This document shows positions 1-8,842 of a DNA stretch of 64,000 nucleotides, piece by piece. Position 1 is the stretch's first letter; every line of letters starts with the position of its first letter. The stretch spans positions 31,242-95,241 of the forward strand of contig CAZAFA010000001.1 of NCBI GenBank assembly GCA_964484655.1. The letters run 5' to 3'. This stretch comes from an uncultured Candidatus Saccharibacteria bacterium (lineage in GTDB: Bacteria > Patescibacteriota > Minisyncoccia > UBA6257 > 2-01-FULL-56-20). The position numbers and the translations under genes are program-made. The notes beneath the pieces were generated by a model. The model saw only the letters and a list, made by a program, of their open reading frames with translations, had not been told where the DNA came from and did no database searches.

Positions 1-19
1 GACGTGATCCCGTCCGGCG

Positions 20-469
20 ATGCTGTCCGCTAGCGTCGGCATCCTCCTGCTCGCGCTGGCCGCTGCGCGCTTCCCTGAGGCGCCCCTGCTGGCGTTCCTG
101 CCTGCCGTCGCGGGAACCGCGCTCGCCGCGGTGACGCCGCGGGGACGCGGCGCCTGGCGAGCCGGCCTGCTCGCTGCCGGATTCCTCACCTGGCTCCCCG
201 GGAACCTGATCCTCGCTCTCGCGACGGCCCTCCTTCCGGCAGCCGTCTCGTTCGCGCGCGGAAGGCTGCCGGTGCGCACTGCGGGCTTCGCGCTGGCGAC
301 GCTGCCGGCGGCGACCTACCTGGCCGCCAGCGCGGCGGCGCGCAGCTTCGCGCTCCCGCTCCAGTATCCGCTGGACCTCTGTGCCGCCCTCGTCATCGGT
401 GCTACCCTCAGCTCGCTTGCCTATGCGCCGCTACAGAGAGAACGGTTTGGGACTCGAGGACGCGCTTGA
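20..469 (+). CDS. Polytopic membrane protein, possibly rod-shape protein MreD
   Basis: Complete 149-aa ORF that begins right after an in-frame stop. It is hydrophobic, Ala/Leu-rich and multi-TM, and its end overlaps the PBP2 start as in mreD-mrdA operons. No diagnostic motif. Confidence 0.35.
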   Translation: MLSASVGILLLALAAARFPEAPLLAFLPAVAGTALAAVTPRGRGAWRAGLLAAGFLTWLPGNLILALATALLPAAVSFARGRLPVRTAGFALATLPAATYLAASAAARSFALPLQYPLDLCAALVIGATLSSLAYAPLQRERFGTRGRA

Positions 470-2294
470 CCTCGGCTTCGGGAGCGGCGAGGTCCGCGAG
501 CTGCCCCTGCACCGGGGCAGTCTGGCGTTCGCGGGCTTCGTCGCGGTCCTGGTGGTCGCGGGGGTCGTCTCGCGCATGCTCTGGCTCGGGGTCGCCCAGG
601 GCGCCTACTACGGCGAGCTCGCCGAGGCGAACGTCAACTATGCCGTCACTACGGACGCGCCGCGCGGTCGTATCCTCGACGCGTACGGTGAGCTGCTCGC
701 GGATAACGCGCCGTCGTTCGCGCTGCAGCTGGACGTGCGCGCCTACCTCAAGGAAGGGGAAGAGGAGCGCGCTGCGGCGCTCGAGCTCATCCGCGCGCAG
801 ACCGGCCTCGAGCCCGCGACCGTGGAGGAGCGCATCCAGGCGCAGCTGAAGGCCAACCGCGGCGAGCCGCTCACCGTGTACCGCGGCCTGACGGAGGCGC
901 AGGTCGTCGCCGTCCGCGCCGCCAAGCGCGCGGACGTCACCGTCCGCGAGGGCTACCAGCGCGCCTATCCGCTCGGGGCGGCCGCGGCGCACGTGGTCGG
1001 CTACACCGGGCCCGTCTCCGCGGACGACCTCGAATCCGACCCGTCCCTGATCCCGACCGACGTCATCGGCAGGCAGGGCGTCGAGGCGTACTACGACGAC
1101 CGCCTGCGCGGCATCCTCGGCCGCACGCTCGTCAGCCGCGACGCCGCCGGCGCGCTGCTCGGCGACGAGCGGACCACGCCTGCCGAGCCGGGACAGGACC
1201 TGCATCTCACGATCGACGCGGAGCTGCAGAAGTACGCGTACGAGCGGCTCACGCAGGGGCTGCATTCGCTCGGGCGCACGCGCGGCGCCGTGGTCATCGT
1301 CGACCCGCGCGACGGCGCCGTGCGCGCGCTCGCGTCCGCGCCGAGCTTCGAGCCCGAGGCGTTCGTCCAGTCCAACCGGCGCGAGGAGCGCGCGCAGTAC
1401 CTCGAGAGCGCCGACCGCCCGCTCTACGACCGCGTCGTCTCCGGCGTCTACACGCCTGGATCGACGATCAAGCCGCTGCACGCGATCGCGGCGCTGAGCG
1501 AGAACGTCGTGAGCACGGACTGGAGCATATTCTCCCCGGGCTACCTGGACATCCCGAACCCGTACAACCCGAGCAAGCCGACGCGCTACGTGGACTGGCG
1601 CTACCAGGGCGTGGTCAACGCGCGCAGTGCGATCGCGCAGTCGTCGAACGTGTACTTCTACGCCGTCGGCGGCGGCACCGGATCGCTTAAGGGCCTGGGC
1701 ATCACGCGCCTGCGCGCGTGGTGGCAGCGCTTCCTCCTCGACCAGAAGACGGGCATCGACCTGCCGGGGGAAGGCGTCGGCTTCCTCCCGAGCCCGGAAT
1801 GGAAGAAGGACCGCACAGGCAAGGACTGGCTGCTCGGCGACACGTACAACGTCTCGATCGGGCAGGGCGACCTGACGCTCACGCCGCTGCGCCTCGCGAA
1901 CTACGTCGCGGCGGTAGCGAACGGCGGCACGGTCTGGAAGCCGTTCGTGAACGCGTCCTCGACGCCGCAGGTCGCGGCGGACCTCACCATGTACGCTCCC
2001 GCGATCGCGGAAGCGCAGAAGGGGATGCGGCAGACTATCACCTCCGACCTCGGTACGGCGCACACCATGGACGGCCTGCCGTTCGCGGTCGCGGGAAAGA
2101 CCGGCTCTGCTCAGATCCAGAACAACGCCAAGGAGAACGCCTTCTTCGTCGGCTACGCCCCGTACCAGAATCCCGAGATAGCCATCGCGCTGCTCGTGGA
2201 GGACGCCAAGCACGGCAGCCTCAACGCCGTGCCGATCGCGCAGGACATCTTCCGCTGGTGGTACGAACACCGGGGAGTAGGGAAGCCAAAATAA
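423..2294 (+). CDS. mrdA: Penicillin-binding protein 2 (peptidoglycan D,D-transpeptidase)
   Basis: N-terminal TM helix. Transpeptidase motifs STIK (SxxK), SSN and KTGS present. HVVGYTG dimerisation-domain signature. The start was moved to M at 423 to limit overlap with the upstream ORF; the track ORF starts at 381. Confidence 0.8.
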   Translation: MRRYRENGLGLEDALDLGFGSGEVRELPLHRGSLAFAGFVAVLVVAGVVSRMLWLGVAQGAYYGELAEANVNYAVTTDAPRGRILDAYGELLADNAPSFALQLDVRAYLKEGEEERAAALELIRAQTGLEPATVEERIQAQLKANRGEPLTVYRGLTEAQVVAVRAAKRADVTVREGYQRAYPLGAAAAHVVGYTGPVSADDLESDPSLIPTDVIGRQGVEAYYDDRLRGILGRTLVSRDAAGALLGDERTTPAEPGQDLHLTIDAELQKYAYERLTQGLHSLGRTRGAVVIVDPRDGAVRALASAPSFEPEAFVQSNRREERAQYLESADRPLYDRVVSGVYTPGSTIKPLHAIAALSENVVSTDWSIFSPGYLDIPNPYNPSKPTRYVDWRYQGVVNARSAIAQSSNVYFYAVGGGTGSLKGLGITRLRAWWQRFLLDQKTGIDLPGEGVGFLPSPEWKKDRTGKDWLLGDTYNVSIGQGDLTLTPLRLANYVAAVANGGTVWKPFVNASSTPQVAADLTMYAPAIAEAQKGMRQTITSDLGTAHTMDGLPFAVAGKTGSAQIQNNAKENAFFVGYAPYQNPEIAIALLVEDAKHGSLNAVPIAQDIFRWWYEHRGVGKPK

Positions 2295-2295
2295 T

Positions 2296-2323
2296 GAAGA
2301 AGCCCGCATCAGCGGGCTTCTTC
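2296..2323. terminator. Hairpin terminator shared by convergent mrdA and isochorismatase-family gene
   Basis: gaagaagcccgc-atca-gcgggcttcttc perfect 12-bp stem. The stop codon of the minus-strand gene lies in the loop. Confidence 0.5.
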
Positions 2324-2887
2324 GGCTAAAACGGTGCGTGCCCAGGACACGCGACGCGCGATGCGCATCGTCAGCGATCGCGGCGGCGCGAGCAGCTCGT
2401 CGAACGTGTCGACGATCCTTCCCTTGCTCGCGAACCAACCGATGTCGTCGTCGGCAGGGTGCGTCTCCTTCCCGGCAATCACGTTCGGGCTCGTGACGAC
2501 ACCGAACTTGCGCTGCAGCGCGCCGTGCGCGGTCCAGCGGACGCATGCCGTGGCGTTGATGCCCATCAGGAACAGCGTCTCGACGCCCCAGCGGTCCAGA
2601 TGCTCCTGGAGCCTGGTATCAGCGAAGGCGTTGTCCCATTGCTTCACGATCCGCTCCTGCCGCAACACGGATACCGCAGCGACGCGCAGCGTCTCGTGCG
2701 TCGGTTCCGCCGGGATCTGGGCGTACTCCACGACTACCAGGGGTATGTCGCGCTCGGCGCAGATGCGGATCGTCCGCAGCTGATGGGGGATGATGTGCGC
2801 TGCCGCGCCTGGACGGAGCTGCCGGATGAACACCGGCTGCATGTCTATCAGGAGGACGGCGAGACCCGTCCTCGGGTCTCGGGTCAT
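2309..2887 (-). CDS. Isochorismatase-family cysteine hydrolase
   Basis: 192 aa. LVLIDMQ..F N-terminal motif and GVETLFLMGINATACV catalytic-Cys region typical of the isochorismatase/YcaC fold. Confidence 0.6.
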   Translation of the reverse strand: MTRDPRTGLAVLLIDMQPVFIRQLRPGAAAHIIPHQLRTIRICAERDIPLVVVEYAQIPAEPTHETLRVAAVSVLRQERIVKQWDNAFADTRLQEHLDRWGVETLFLMGINATACVRWTAHGALQRKFGVVTSPNVIAGKETHPADDDIGWFASKGRIVDTFDELLAPPRSLTMRIARRVSWARTVLAEEAR

Positions 2888-3012
2888 ATGCGTTCACCTC
2901 GTCTTTCAAGAGTGCAGTTTCCGCTGCCTGGCGGAAGCTCACCACGGCTCGGGAGTGCCGTCAAACGCGGCTGTTGCCTTTTTCCGACCCGTTCCGTACT
3001 ATGCGCCCTGCT

Positions 3013-3324
3013 ATGGATTCCTTCGCGATCATCGCCACCGGCGGCAAGCAGTACCTCGTCGCCCCTGGCCAGAAGCTCAAGATCGAGAAGCTTGCCGGCG
3101 AGGCGGGCGACACGGTGACTTTCGACCAGGTCCTGCTGAGCACGGACGGCAAGAAGGTCAGCGTCGGCGCGCCCATCGTGGCCGGCGCGGGCGTGAAGGG
3201 GACGATCCTCCGCCAGGCGCGATCCAAGAAGGTGACGGTCTTCAAGTACCACTCGAAGAACCGCTACGACAAGAAGAAGGGCCACCGCCAGCACTTCACC
3301 GAGGTACGCATCGAGAGCCTGTAA
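3013..3324 (+). CDS. rplU: 50S ribosomal protein L21
   Basis: MDSFAIIATGGKQYLVAPGQKL...VFKYHSKNRYDKKKGHRQHFTEVRI is strong L21 family similarity. No rpmA downstream. Confidence 0.85.
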   Translation: MDSFAIIATGGKQYLVAPGQKLKIEKLAGEAGDTVTFDQVLLSTDGKKVSVGAPIVAGAGVKGTILRQARSKKVTVFKYHSKNRYDKKKGHRQHFTEVRIESL

Positions 3325-3598
3325 AAGGGCTCTCGTCCGTTATGCACCGGTTATCCAGGACGGCCGCTTGCCTGTTCCCGCCAGGGAGGTATGCTCGTCC
3401 TTGCGTCGGAACACAGCCAGCACGTGACTGGCCGACCTCCGGGCTCTATTACCGCGAAAGCATCGCCGCTGGATTCTGAGCCAGCATTCGTTTCCGGATC
3501 ACAGGAACCACCGCTTTCGTCTTACTGACCCAGCCTGACAGGCATCCACGCAACCAAGAGGCAGCCACGTGTGCTGCCTCATTTGTCGCTTGGAATAA

Positions 3599-3627
3599 TT
3601 GACATTTAGCATATTTAATGCTTAAAT
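3599..3627 (+). promoter_or_regulatory. Sigma70-like promoter (TTGACA-17-TTAAAT) in AT-rich spacer
   Basis: ttgaca at 3599-3604 and a TAAAT-type -10 17 nt downstream. It is followed by a 5'UTR with RBS aggaga and the ATG at 3694. Confidence 0.45.
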
Positions 3628-3693
3628 ATGGGCAGTAACAAGGCAGTCCCGCTGCCCGTTCGAATCTGAATACGTAATAAGGAGACAAATACT

Positions 3694-4008
3694 ATGGCTG
3701 AAAACAGCTTCCGCGTTCGCGTGATAGACGAACGCAACCTGCCGACGGTGGTCGGCGAAACTGGCACGGTGGACCTCCATCTGGAGCACACCGATGCCGA
3801 CGGCAAGTGGGCGAACGTGAGGATGCGCGTCCGCGTCACGAAGACCGACGGATCGCGCTCGAAAGCCGAGTTCGACGGAGCGATCCTCGTCTCGCGCGGC
3901 GCGTTCCACGAACGGCACCCGTTCGGAAAGTTCCGGCTTCGGCGCGGGGACCATCCCTTCTTCCTGCGCCATCAACTGCATTCTCAGAAGGTCTTCATGA
4001 CCATCTGA
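3694..4008 (+). CDS. Hypothetical small protein (104 aa)
   Basis: Strong promoter plus AGGAGA RBS 8 nt upstream of the ATG. No recognisable family. GC is slightly lower than the neighbours. Confidence 0.5.
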   Translation: MAENSFRVRVIDERNLPTVVGETGTVDLHLEHTDADGKWANVRMRVRVTKTDGSRSKAEFDGAILVSRGAFHERHPFGKFRLRRGDHPFFLRHQLHSQKVFMTI

Positions 4009-4045
4009 CCAATTCCCAGAGCCCCCGCACCCGCGGGGGCTCGCT

Positions 4046-5482
4046 TCATCTCAGGTCGTAGACCTGGGCGTCCGGCGGCACGCCGTCGGTGCTGGTCGCA
4101 TAGAAGACGCGCTCGCGCTGCTGCGCTTCCCGCGTCGCGGTTCCCGTGACGAACATCACGGTCTGCGCCGCTACCGGCATGCCGCCGATGCGCACGTCGC
4201 CGTCGGGGACGATCACGTACGCGTCGCGAGCTCGGTCCCGCTGCAGCAGCGCCCGTCCGGCCTCGAGGTAGCTCGTCGTGAACTCGTCGCGGACCTCGGG
4301 CTTCGCGGCATACGCCGGATACCGCACCGCGGTGCTCGCGAGCGCGCCGCCGCAGACTAGTACCGCAAGCGCGATTCCCGCCCGCGGCCAGCGCCGAGCC
4401 GCGCGGTCCAGCGCGAACGCCGAAAGCAGCATCACCGGCACGACGAGGAGTATCCCGCGCAGCGCGTGCGGCATACCCTCGTTGCTGAGCACGGCGGGGA
4501 GCGCGCCCGCGACCAGGAGCGCCCCGACGATCGCCGCGTCATGCTTCCGCCGCCACAGGAGCGCGGCTCCGACGAGCGTGCAGGCGAGGACCGGCAGCGC
4601 CACCGCCGGCGCGCCGCTGTCGTTATGGCGCCAGTTGCGATCGCCGTTCCAGGCGAGCATGCCGGCCATCAGCGCGACGTTGCGCGCGATCTCTCGCGCG
4701 GGTCGCTCCGTCTCCCATGCGGCGACCTGGTCCGCGCGCTCCCCGAAGCTTCCCGGATGCGTGGCGAAGTAGTGCGCGAGGGGAGCGGCGGCGATGGCGG
4801 CGCAGACGCCGGCGAGCGCGAGCGCCGCGGCGACGCGCCTCCGCGCATCGCGCGCGCAAGCGATAAGCGCGATGCCGATCGCGGCGAACGCGAGCCCTGC
4901 GGCGCGGAAGGCGATGTACGTATGCAGGCCGACGCCGGCTAGGAATCCTCCCAGCGCAGCGAGCGGCCATCCGTTCGCGCCTTCGCGCACGCGTCGCACG
5001 CCGGCGAGGAGCGCCCAGAGCGCGAAGACGAGCACGAGCGGCGCGAGGATCGCGCGGAACCCGACGCGCGAGAAGACGACGTGCCAGAAGCTTCCCGCGA
5101 GGAGCGCCGCTGCGATCAGGCCGGCGCGCCTGCCCCAGAGCTCGCGCCCGAGCAGGTACATGCCGGGGACGGTCAGGATGCCGGCGAGCGCGGAGACCAG
5201 GCGCAGGACCCACGGCTCGCGGACGCCCGCGACGGCGAGCGCGATGGACTGCAGGTTCGCGTACAGGCCCTCGCGGCCGTTGTTGCCCGGGTAGAACCAG
5301 TCCCACCGGCCTTCGAGCGCCGCGAGGGCGTCGTTGCCCTCGGTAGCCTCGTCGGGATAGAGGCCGGGCGGCAGGTCCGCGAGGCTCGCGAGCCGCAGGG
5401 ATGCCGCGGCGAGGACGATGCCGGCGAGGAGGAGGCGCGTCGGCGTGATCCACGTGGGCAAGCGCATGGGCGAAGTGTACAC
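4046..5482 (-). CDS. Glycosyltransferase family 39 (ArnT/PMT-like, phospholipid-carrier-dependent) membrane protein
   Basis: 478 aa and polytopic. N-terminal LPPGLYPDEATEGNDA region with the conserved DE of the GT-C PMT_2/ArnT family. Confidence 0.65.
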   Translation of the reverse strand: MYTSPMRLPTWITPTRLLLAGIVLAAASLRLASLADLPPGLYPDEATEGNDALAALEGRWDWFYPGNNGREGLYANLQSIALAVAGVREPWVLRLVSALAGILTVPGMYLLGRELWGRRAGLIAAALLAGSFWHVVFSRVGFRAILAPLVLVFALWALLAGVRRVREGANGWPLAALGGFLAGVGLHTYIAFRAAGLAFAAIGIALIACARDARRRVAAALALAGVCAAIAAAPLAHYFATHPGSFGERADQVAAWETERPAREIARNVALMAGMLAWNGDRNWRHNDSGAPAVALPVLACTLVGAALLWRRKHDAAIVGALLVAGALPAVLSNEGMPHALRGILLVVPVMLLSAFALDRAARRWPRAGIALAVLVCGGALASTAVRYPAYAAKPEVRDEFTTSYLEAGRALLQRDRARDAYVIVPDGDVRIGGMPVAAQTVMFVTGTATREAQQRERVFYATSTDGVPPDAQVYDLR

Positions 5483-5489
5483 TTATCGC

Positions 5490-5861
5490 ATGGAGACTCC
5501 CGAGCAGCCGCGCGTCGTCAACTTCAGCGAAGCTGACGTGGCGCGCGTGAAGACGGAGCTCGAGTCGCGGCCGGAGACGCGCGCCGAGGGCGCGCCCGCG
5601 AACCGCGAGGCCGTTCGGCAGGCGCTCGTCGCCGTCCTCCCGCAGCCGGTGCCCGCGACGGCAACCTCGACGCCGTCGCAGGTCGTCGAGACGGCCGGAA
5701 CGCAGCAGCGCGTGGAGGCGCTGGTCCGCCAAGCCGCCGAGCAGGGCATCGACGCGGCGCACGCCCGCGCCGCTGCGGACGAGCCCTACGTGCTCGACGC
5801 GTTCCACGACGCGCTCGCCGGCGCGATGCACGACGAGCTCGCTCGTCGCGGACTGCTCTGA
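5490..5861 (+). CDS. Hypothetical soluble protein translationally coupled to the downstream ATPase
   Basis: 123 aa from M at 5490 (the track ORF starts at 5418). Its stop TGA overlaps the ATG of the next gene (ctgATGc). Ala/Glu-rich with no known domain. Confidence 0.4.
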   Translation: METPEQPRVVNFSEADVARVKTELESRPETRAEGAPANREAVRQALVAVLPQPVPATATSTPSQVVETAGTQQRVEALVRQAAEQGIDAAHARAAADEPYVLDAFHDALAGAMHDELARRGLL

Positions 5862-8221
5862 TGCAGTATCTCGCGTACGGCCTCGTCATCGGCTTCCTCG
5901 CGCTGTGCGGGATCGGCGCGTTCCTCATCCGGCGCACGCTTCGGCACCGCGCCCTCATCGCGTCGCTCAGCTACGCGCTGCTGCTCGTGCGCGTGCCGCG
6001 CGAGGACAGCAAGCAGGGCGAGGACCTGAAGACGCAGACCGCGCGCGCCGAGCAGCTGTTCGCCGGCCTGCTCTCGCTCGGCGTGCCGGTGTCCTACGAG
6101 GTCGCCGTGCCGCACGTCGGCGAGGAGCTCCACTTCTACCTGTCCGTGCCGCGCACGATGATCGACGCGGCGACGCGCCAGGTCCAGGCCCTCTGGCCGT
6201 CCGCCTCCGTATCGCGCGAGGAGGGGGACTACAACATCTTCTCTCCCGGAGGCTCGGTCGCAGCCGCGTACGTCATCGCGAAGGATTCGCATGCGCTGCC
6301 GATCCGCACCTACCTCGAGCTGGGCACGGACACGACCGCGTCCATCCTGGGCGGCTTCGCGAAGCTCGCGAACATCGGCGAAGGAGCTTCCTTCCAGCTC
6401 GTCGTGCGTCCGGCTCCGAAGGACGCGGGGAAGGGGCTGCAGCGGATCCTCTCCGGACTCAAGGAAGGGAAGTCTCTCAAGGACCTGGTGCCGAGCCTGA
6501 GCCGATCGCTCAAGGACCTCGCGGGCTCCGCGGGGGACAGGAAGGAGGCAGGCGCCGCTCCGGGCCGCGTCGACGAAGAGCTCGTCCGCGCGCTCGAGGG
6601 CAAGCTCGCCAAGCCGCTCGCGTGGGCGGAGGTGCGCCTGGTCGCTTCGGCGCCGACGCAGGCCGCCGCGGACCAGATCCTCGAGAGCCTCGCCGCCGGC
6701 TTCGCGCAGTTCTCCGCGCCGCGTCGCAACGAGCTCAAGGTGAGCAGGCCGCGCTCCTGGCGGAGCATCGTGCACGAGTTCAGCTTCCGGGAATTCACGG
6801 GCAACGCGGCGTCGCTCCTCAACGTCGAGGAGCTCGCGAGCCTCTACCACTTCCCGCTGCCGGGCGCGGACCTCGCGCGCGTGAAGTGGCTCAAGTCCCG
6901 CGAGGCGCCGCCTCCGACCGACCTGCCGAAGGAAGGCCTGCTCCTCGGCGAGAGCGTGTACCGCGGCATGCGCACGCCTGTCTACCTCTCCGACGAGGAC
7001 CGCCGGCGCCACATCTACGTGATCGGACAGACCGGCACCGGTAAGTCGACGCTGCTGGGCAACCTCATCCTCGACGACATCAAGCGGGGAGCGGGCATCG
7101 CGGTCCTCGACCCGCACGGCGACCTCGTGGAGACGGCACTCGCGCATATCCCGCGGAACCGCATCGACGACGTCATCTACTTCGATCCGGGCGACCTCAT
7201 GCTCCCGATGGGGCTCAACATGCTCGAGTACAACCTCGCCAACCCCGAGGAGAAGACGTTCATCGTCAACGAGGTGCAGGGCATCTTCAACAAGCTCTTC
7301 CCGCCGGAGACGATGGGCCCGATGTTCGAGCAGTACATGAGGAACGCGCTCCTGCTGCTCATGGAGGACGCCGCCAACGAGCCGGCGACGCTCGTCGAGG
7401 TGCCGCGCATCTTCACGGACGCGGAATGGCGCAAGCGCAAGCTCGCGCGCATCGCTAACCCCGTGGTCCGCGACTTCTGGGAACAGGAGGCCTCGAAGGC
7501 GGGCGGGGACGCGTCCCTCGCGAACATGACGCCGTACATCACCTCGAAGTTCAGCAACTTCATCGCCAACGACTACGTGCGCCCCATCATCGGCCAGCCG
7601 CGCAGCAGCCTGAACTTCCGCGACGTCATGGACAGCGGGAAGATCCTCCTCGTGAACCTCGCGAAGGGGAAGATCGGCGACATCAACGCCAACCTGCTCG
7701 GCATGATCATCATGGGCCGCATCTCCATGTCCGCCTTCGCGCGCGCGGGTACGGCCAAGGAGTCGCGTCGCGACTTCCACGTCTACATCGACGAGTTCCA
7801 GAACTTCACGACCGACTCGATCTCCACGATCTTCTCCGAGGCCCGCAAGTACCGCCTGACCCTGACCGTGGCGCACCAGTTCATCGCGCAGCTGAGCGAC
7901 AAGATCCGCGACTCGGTCTTCGGGAACGTCGGCAACCAGCTCGCCATGCGCGTGGGTCCCGCCGACGCCGAGTTCCTCGTGAAGCAGTTCGAGCCCACCT
8001 TCACCGCCGCGGACCTGATCAACATCGACAACCTGAACGCGTACGCGAGCATCATGGTGAACGGGCAGACCACGACCGCGTTCAATCTCGAGGTGGGCCA
8101 CCAGTCCTGGGAGAAGGGCGATCCGGACTACACCGCGAAGCTGCGCGAGTACGCGCGCATCAAGCTCGGCACGCCGCGGCATCAGGTGGAGGCGGATATC
8201 ACAAGGCGTCTGCGGAACTAG
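5861..8221 (+). CDS. Membrane-anchored P-loop ATPase, type IV coupling protein-like (VirD4/TraD/TrwB family)
   Basis: 786 aa with one N-terminal TM. Walker A VIGQTGTGKST is followed by DPHGD, which resembles the DPKGE of TraD/TrwB. Walker B HVYIDEFQNF and an AHQ sensor are present. Confidence 0.55.
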   Translation: MQYLAYGLVIGFLALCGIGAFLIRRTLRHRALIASLSYALLLVRVPREDSKQGEDLKTQTARAEQLFAGLLSLGVPVSYEVAVPHVGEELHFYLSVPRTMIDAATRQVQALWPSASVSREEGDYNIFSPGGSVAAAYVIAKDSHALPIRTYLELGTDTTASILGGFAKLANIGEGASFQLVVRPAPKDAGKGLQRILSGLKEGKSLKDLVPSLSRSLKDLAGSAGDRKEAGAAPGRVDEELVRALEGKLAKPLAWAEVRLVASAPTQAAADQILESLAAGFAQFSAPRRNELKVSRPRSWRSIVHEFSFREFTGNAASLLNVEELASLYHFPLPGADLARVKWLKSREAPPPTDLPKEGLLLGESVYRGMRTPVYLSDEDRRRHIYVIGQTGTGKSTLLGNLILDDIKRGAGIAVLDPHGDLVETALAHIPRNRIDDVIYFDPGDLMLPMGLNMLEYNLANPEEKTFIVNEVQGIFNKLFPPETMGPMFEQYMRNALLLLMEDAANEPATLVEVPRIFTDAEWRKRKLARIANPVVRDFWEQEASKAGGDASLANMTPYITSKFSNFIANDYVRPIIGQPRSSLNFRDVMDSGKILLVNLAKGKIGDINANLLGMIIMGRISMSAFARAGTAKESRRDFHVYIDEFQNFTTDSISTIFSEARKYRLTLTVAHQFIAQLSDKIRDSVFGNVGNQLAMRVGPADAEFLVKQFEPTFTAADLINIDNLNAYASIMVNGQTTTAFNLEVGHQSWEKGDPDYTAKLREYARIKLGTPRHQVEADITRRLRN

Positions 8222-8280
8222 GTTTTTATAGAAATTTCATATCCTGTCCCCTAGGCTTGCCTCAGCTTGGAGGTGAAAAA

Positions 8281-8808
8281 ATGAATATTCGTATCGAAGA
8301 TGTACGCCATGAGCTTAGCGAGGTGTACCTTTTCTTAAATGAGCACGCGCAACAGGCACGCCAGTGCTTGCCGCCGCCGATGCTAGAAATCTTCGCTATC
8401 TGTGAAGATGACGGTGAAATAGTCGCTTGCTGCGGCGCTTCCGTAGCGAGCAAAGGAAGACTCCATATCGAGAAGATTTACCGTCTTGATGTTGAGACGG
8501 CACAATTTCTCGACAAGGAGCGCCAGAGGTTCTGCGAGATCGGGCGCTGGTTCTCGGTCGTTCCTGATGCAGCGACAGCAACCCTGAAGGCTCTGGTTAT
8601 GCATCTCGAGAAACAAGGAGTTGCGTTCGCTCTCTGCGAGCTCAAGGATGCAACGGTTCGCCGGGCAAAGCGCATGGGGCTCGCCTTTCATCAAACGGCT
8701 TCAACCTTAAATCTTGAGGCGATTGACGCAACGGAGATAGCTTACTACCAAGACGATCATCCGCCGAAGCTATACTGGCTGAATTTCGCTGAGATCCAGT
8801 GGAAGTAA
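8281..8808 (+). CDS. Hypothetical protein on a low-GC island, possible GNAT-fold acyltransferase
   Basis: 175 aa. GC ~50% against ~68% flanking. RBS ggaggtg 7 nt upstream. The C-terminal LKDATVRRAKRMGLAF resembles the GNAT motif (A/V)xxx(Y/A)xkxGF. No confident family assignment. Confidence 0.5.
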   Translation: MNIRIEDVRHELSEVYLFLNEHAQQARQCLPPPMLEIFAICEDDGEIVACCGASVASKGRLHIEKIYRLDVETAQFLDKERQRFCEIGRWFSVVPDAATATLKALVMHLEKQGVAFALCELKDATVRRAKRMGLAFHQTASTLNLEAIDATEIAYYQDDHPPKLYWLNFAEIQWK

Positions 8809-8842
8809 AAAAAGAAACCGAGGAGATCTCGGTTTCTTTTTA
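8809..8842. terminator. Bidirectional rho-independent terminator
   Basis: aaaaa-gaaaccgag-gagat-ctcggtttc-ttttt. A perfect 9-bp stem flanked by an A-tract and a T-tract, serving the convergent genes on both sides. Confidence 0.65.

Noticed and set aside
408-2546. 712-aa minus-strand ORF, Arg/Ala/Asp-rich, with no motifs.
   Set aside because: It is antisense to the well-supported PBP2 gene (mrdA). In a ~68% GC sequence long open antisense frames are expected.
5786-8182. 798-aa minus-strand ORF.
   Set aside because: It is antisense to the T4CP-like ATPase gene; no motifs, low-complexity, GC-driven artefact.
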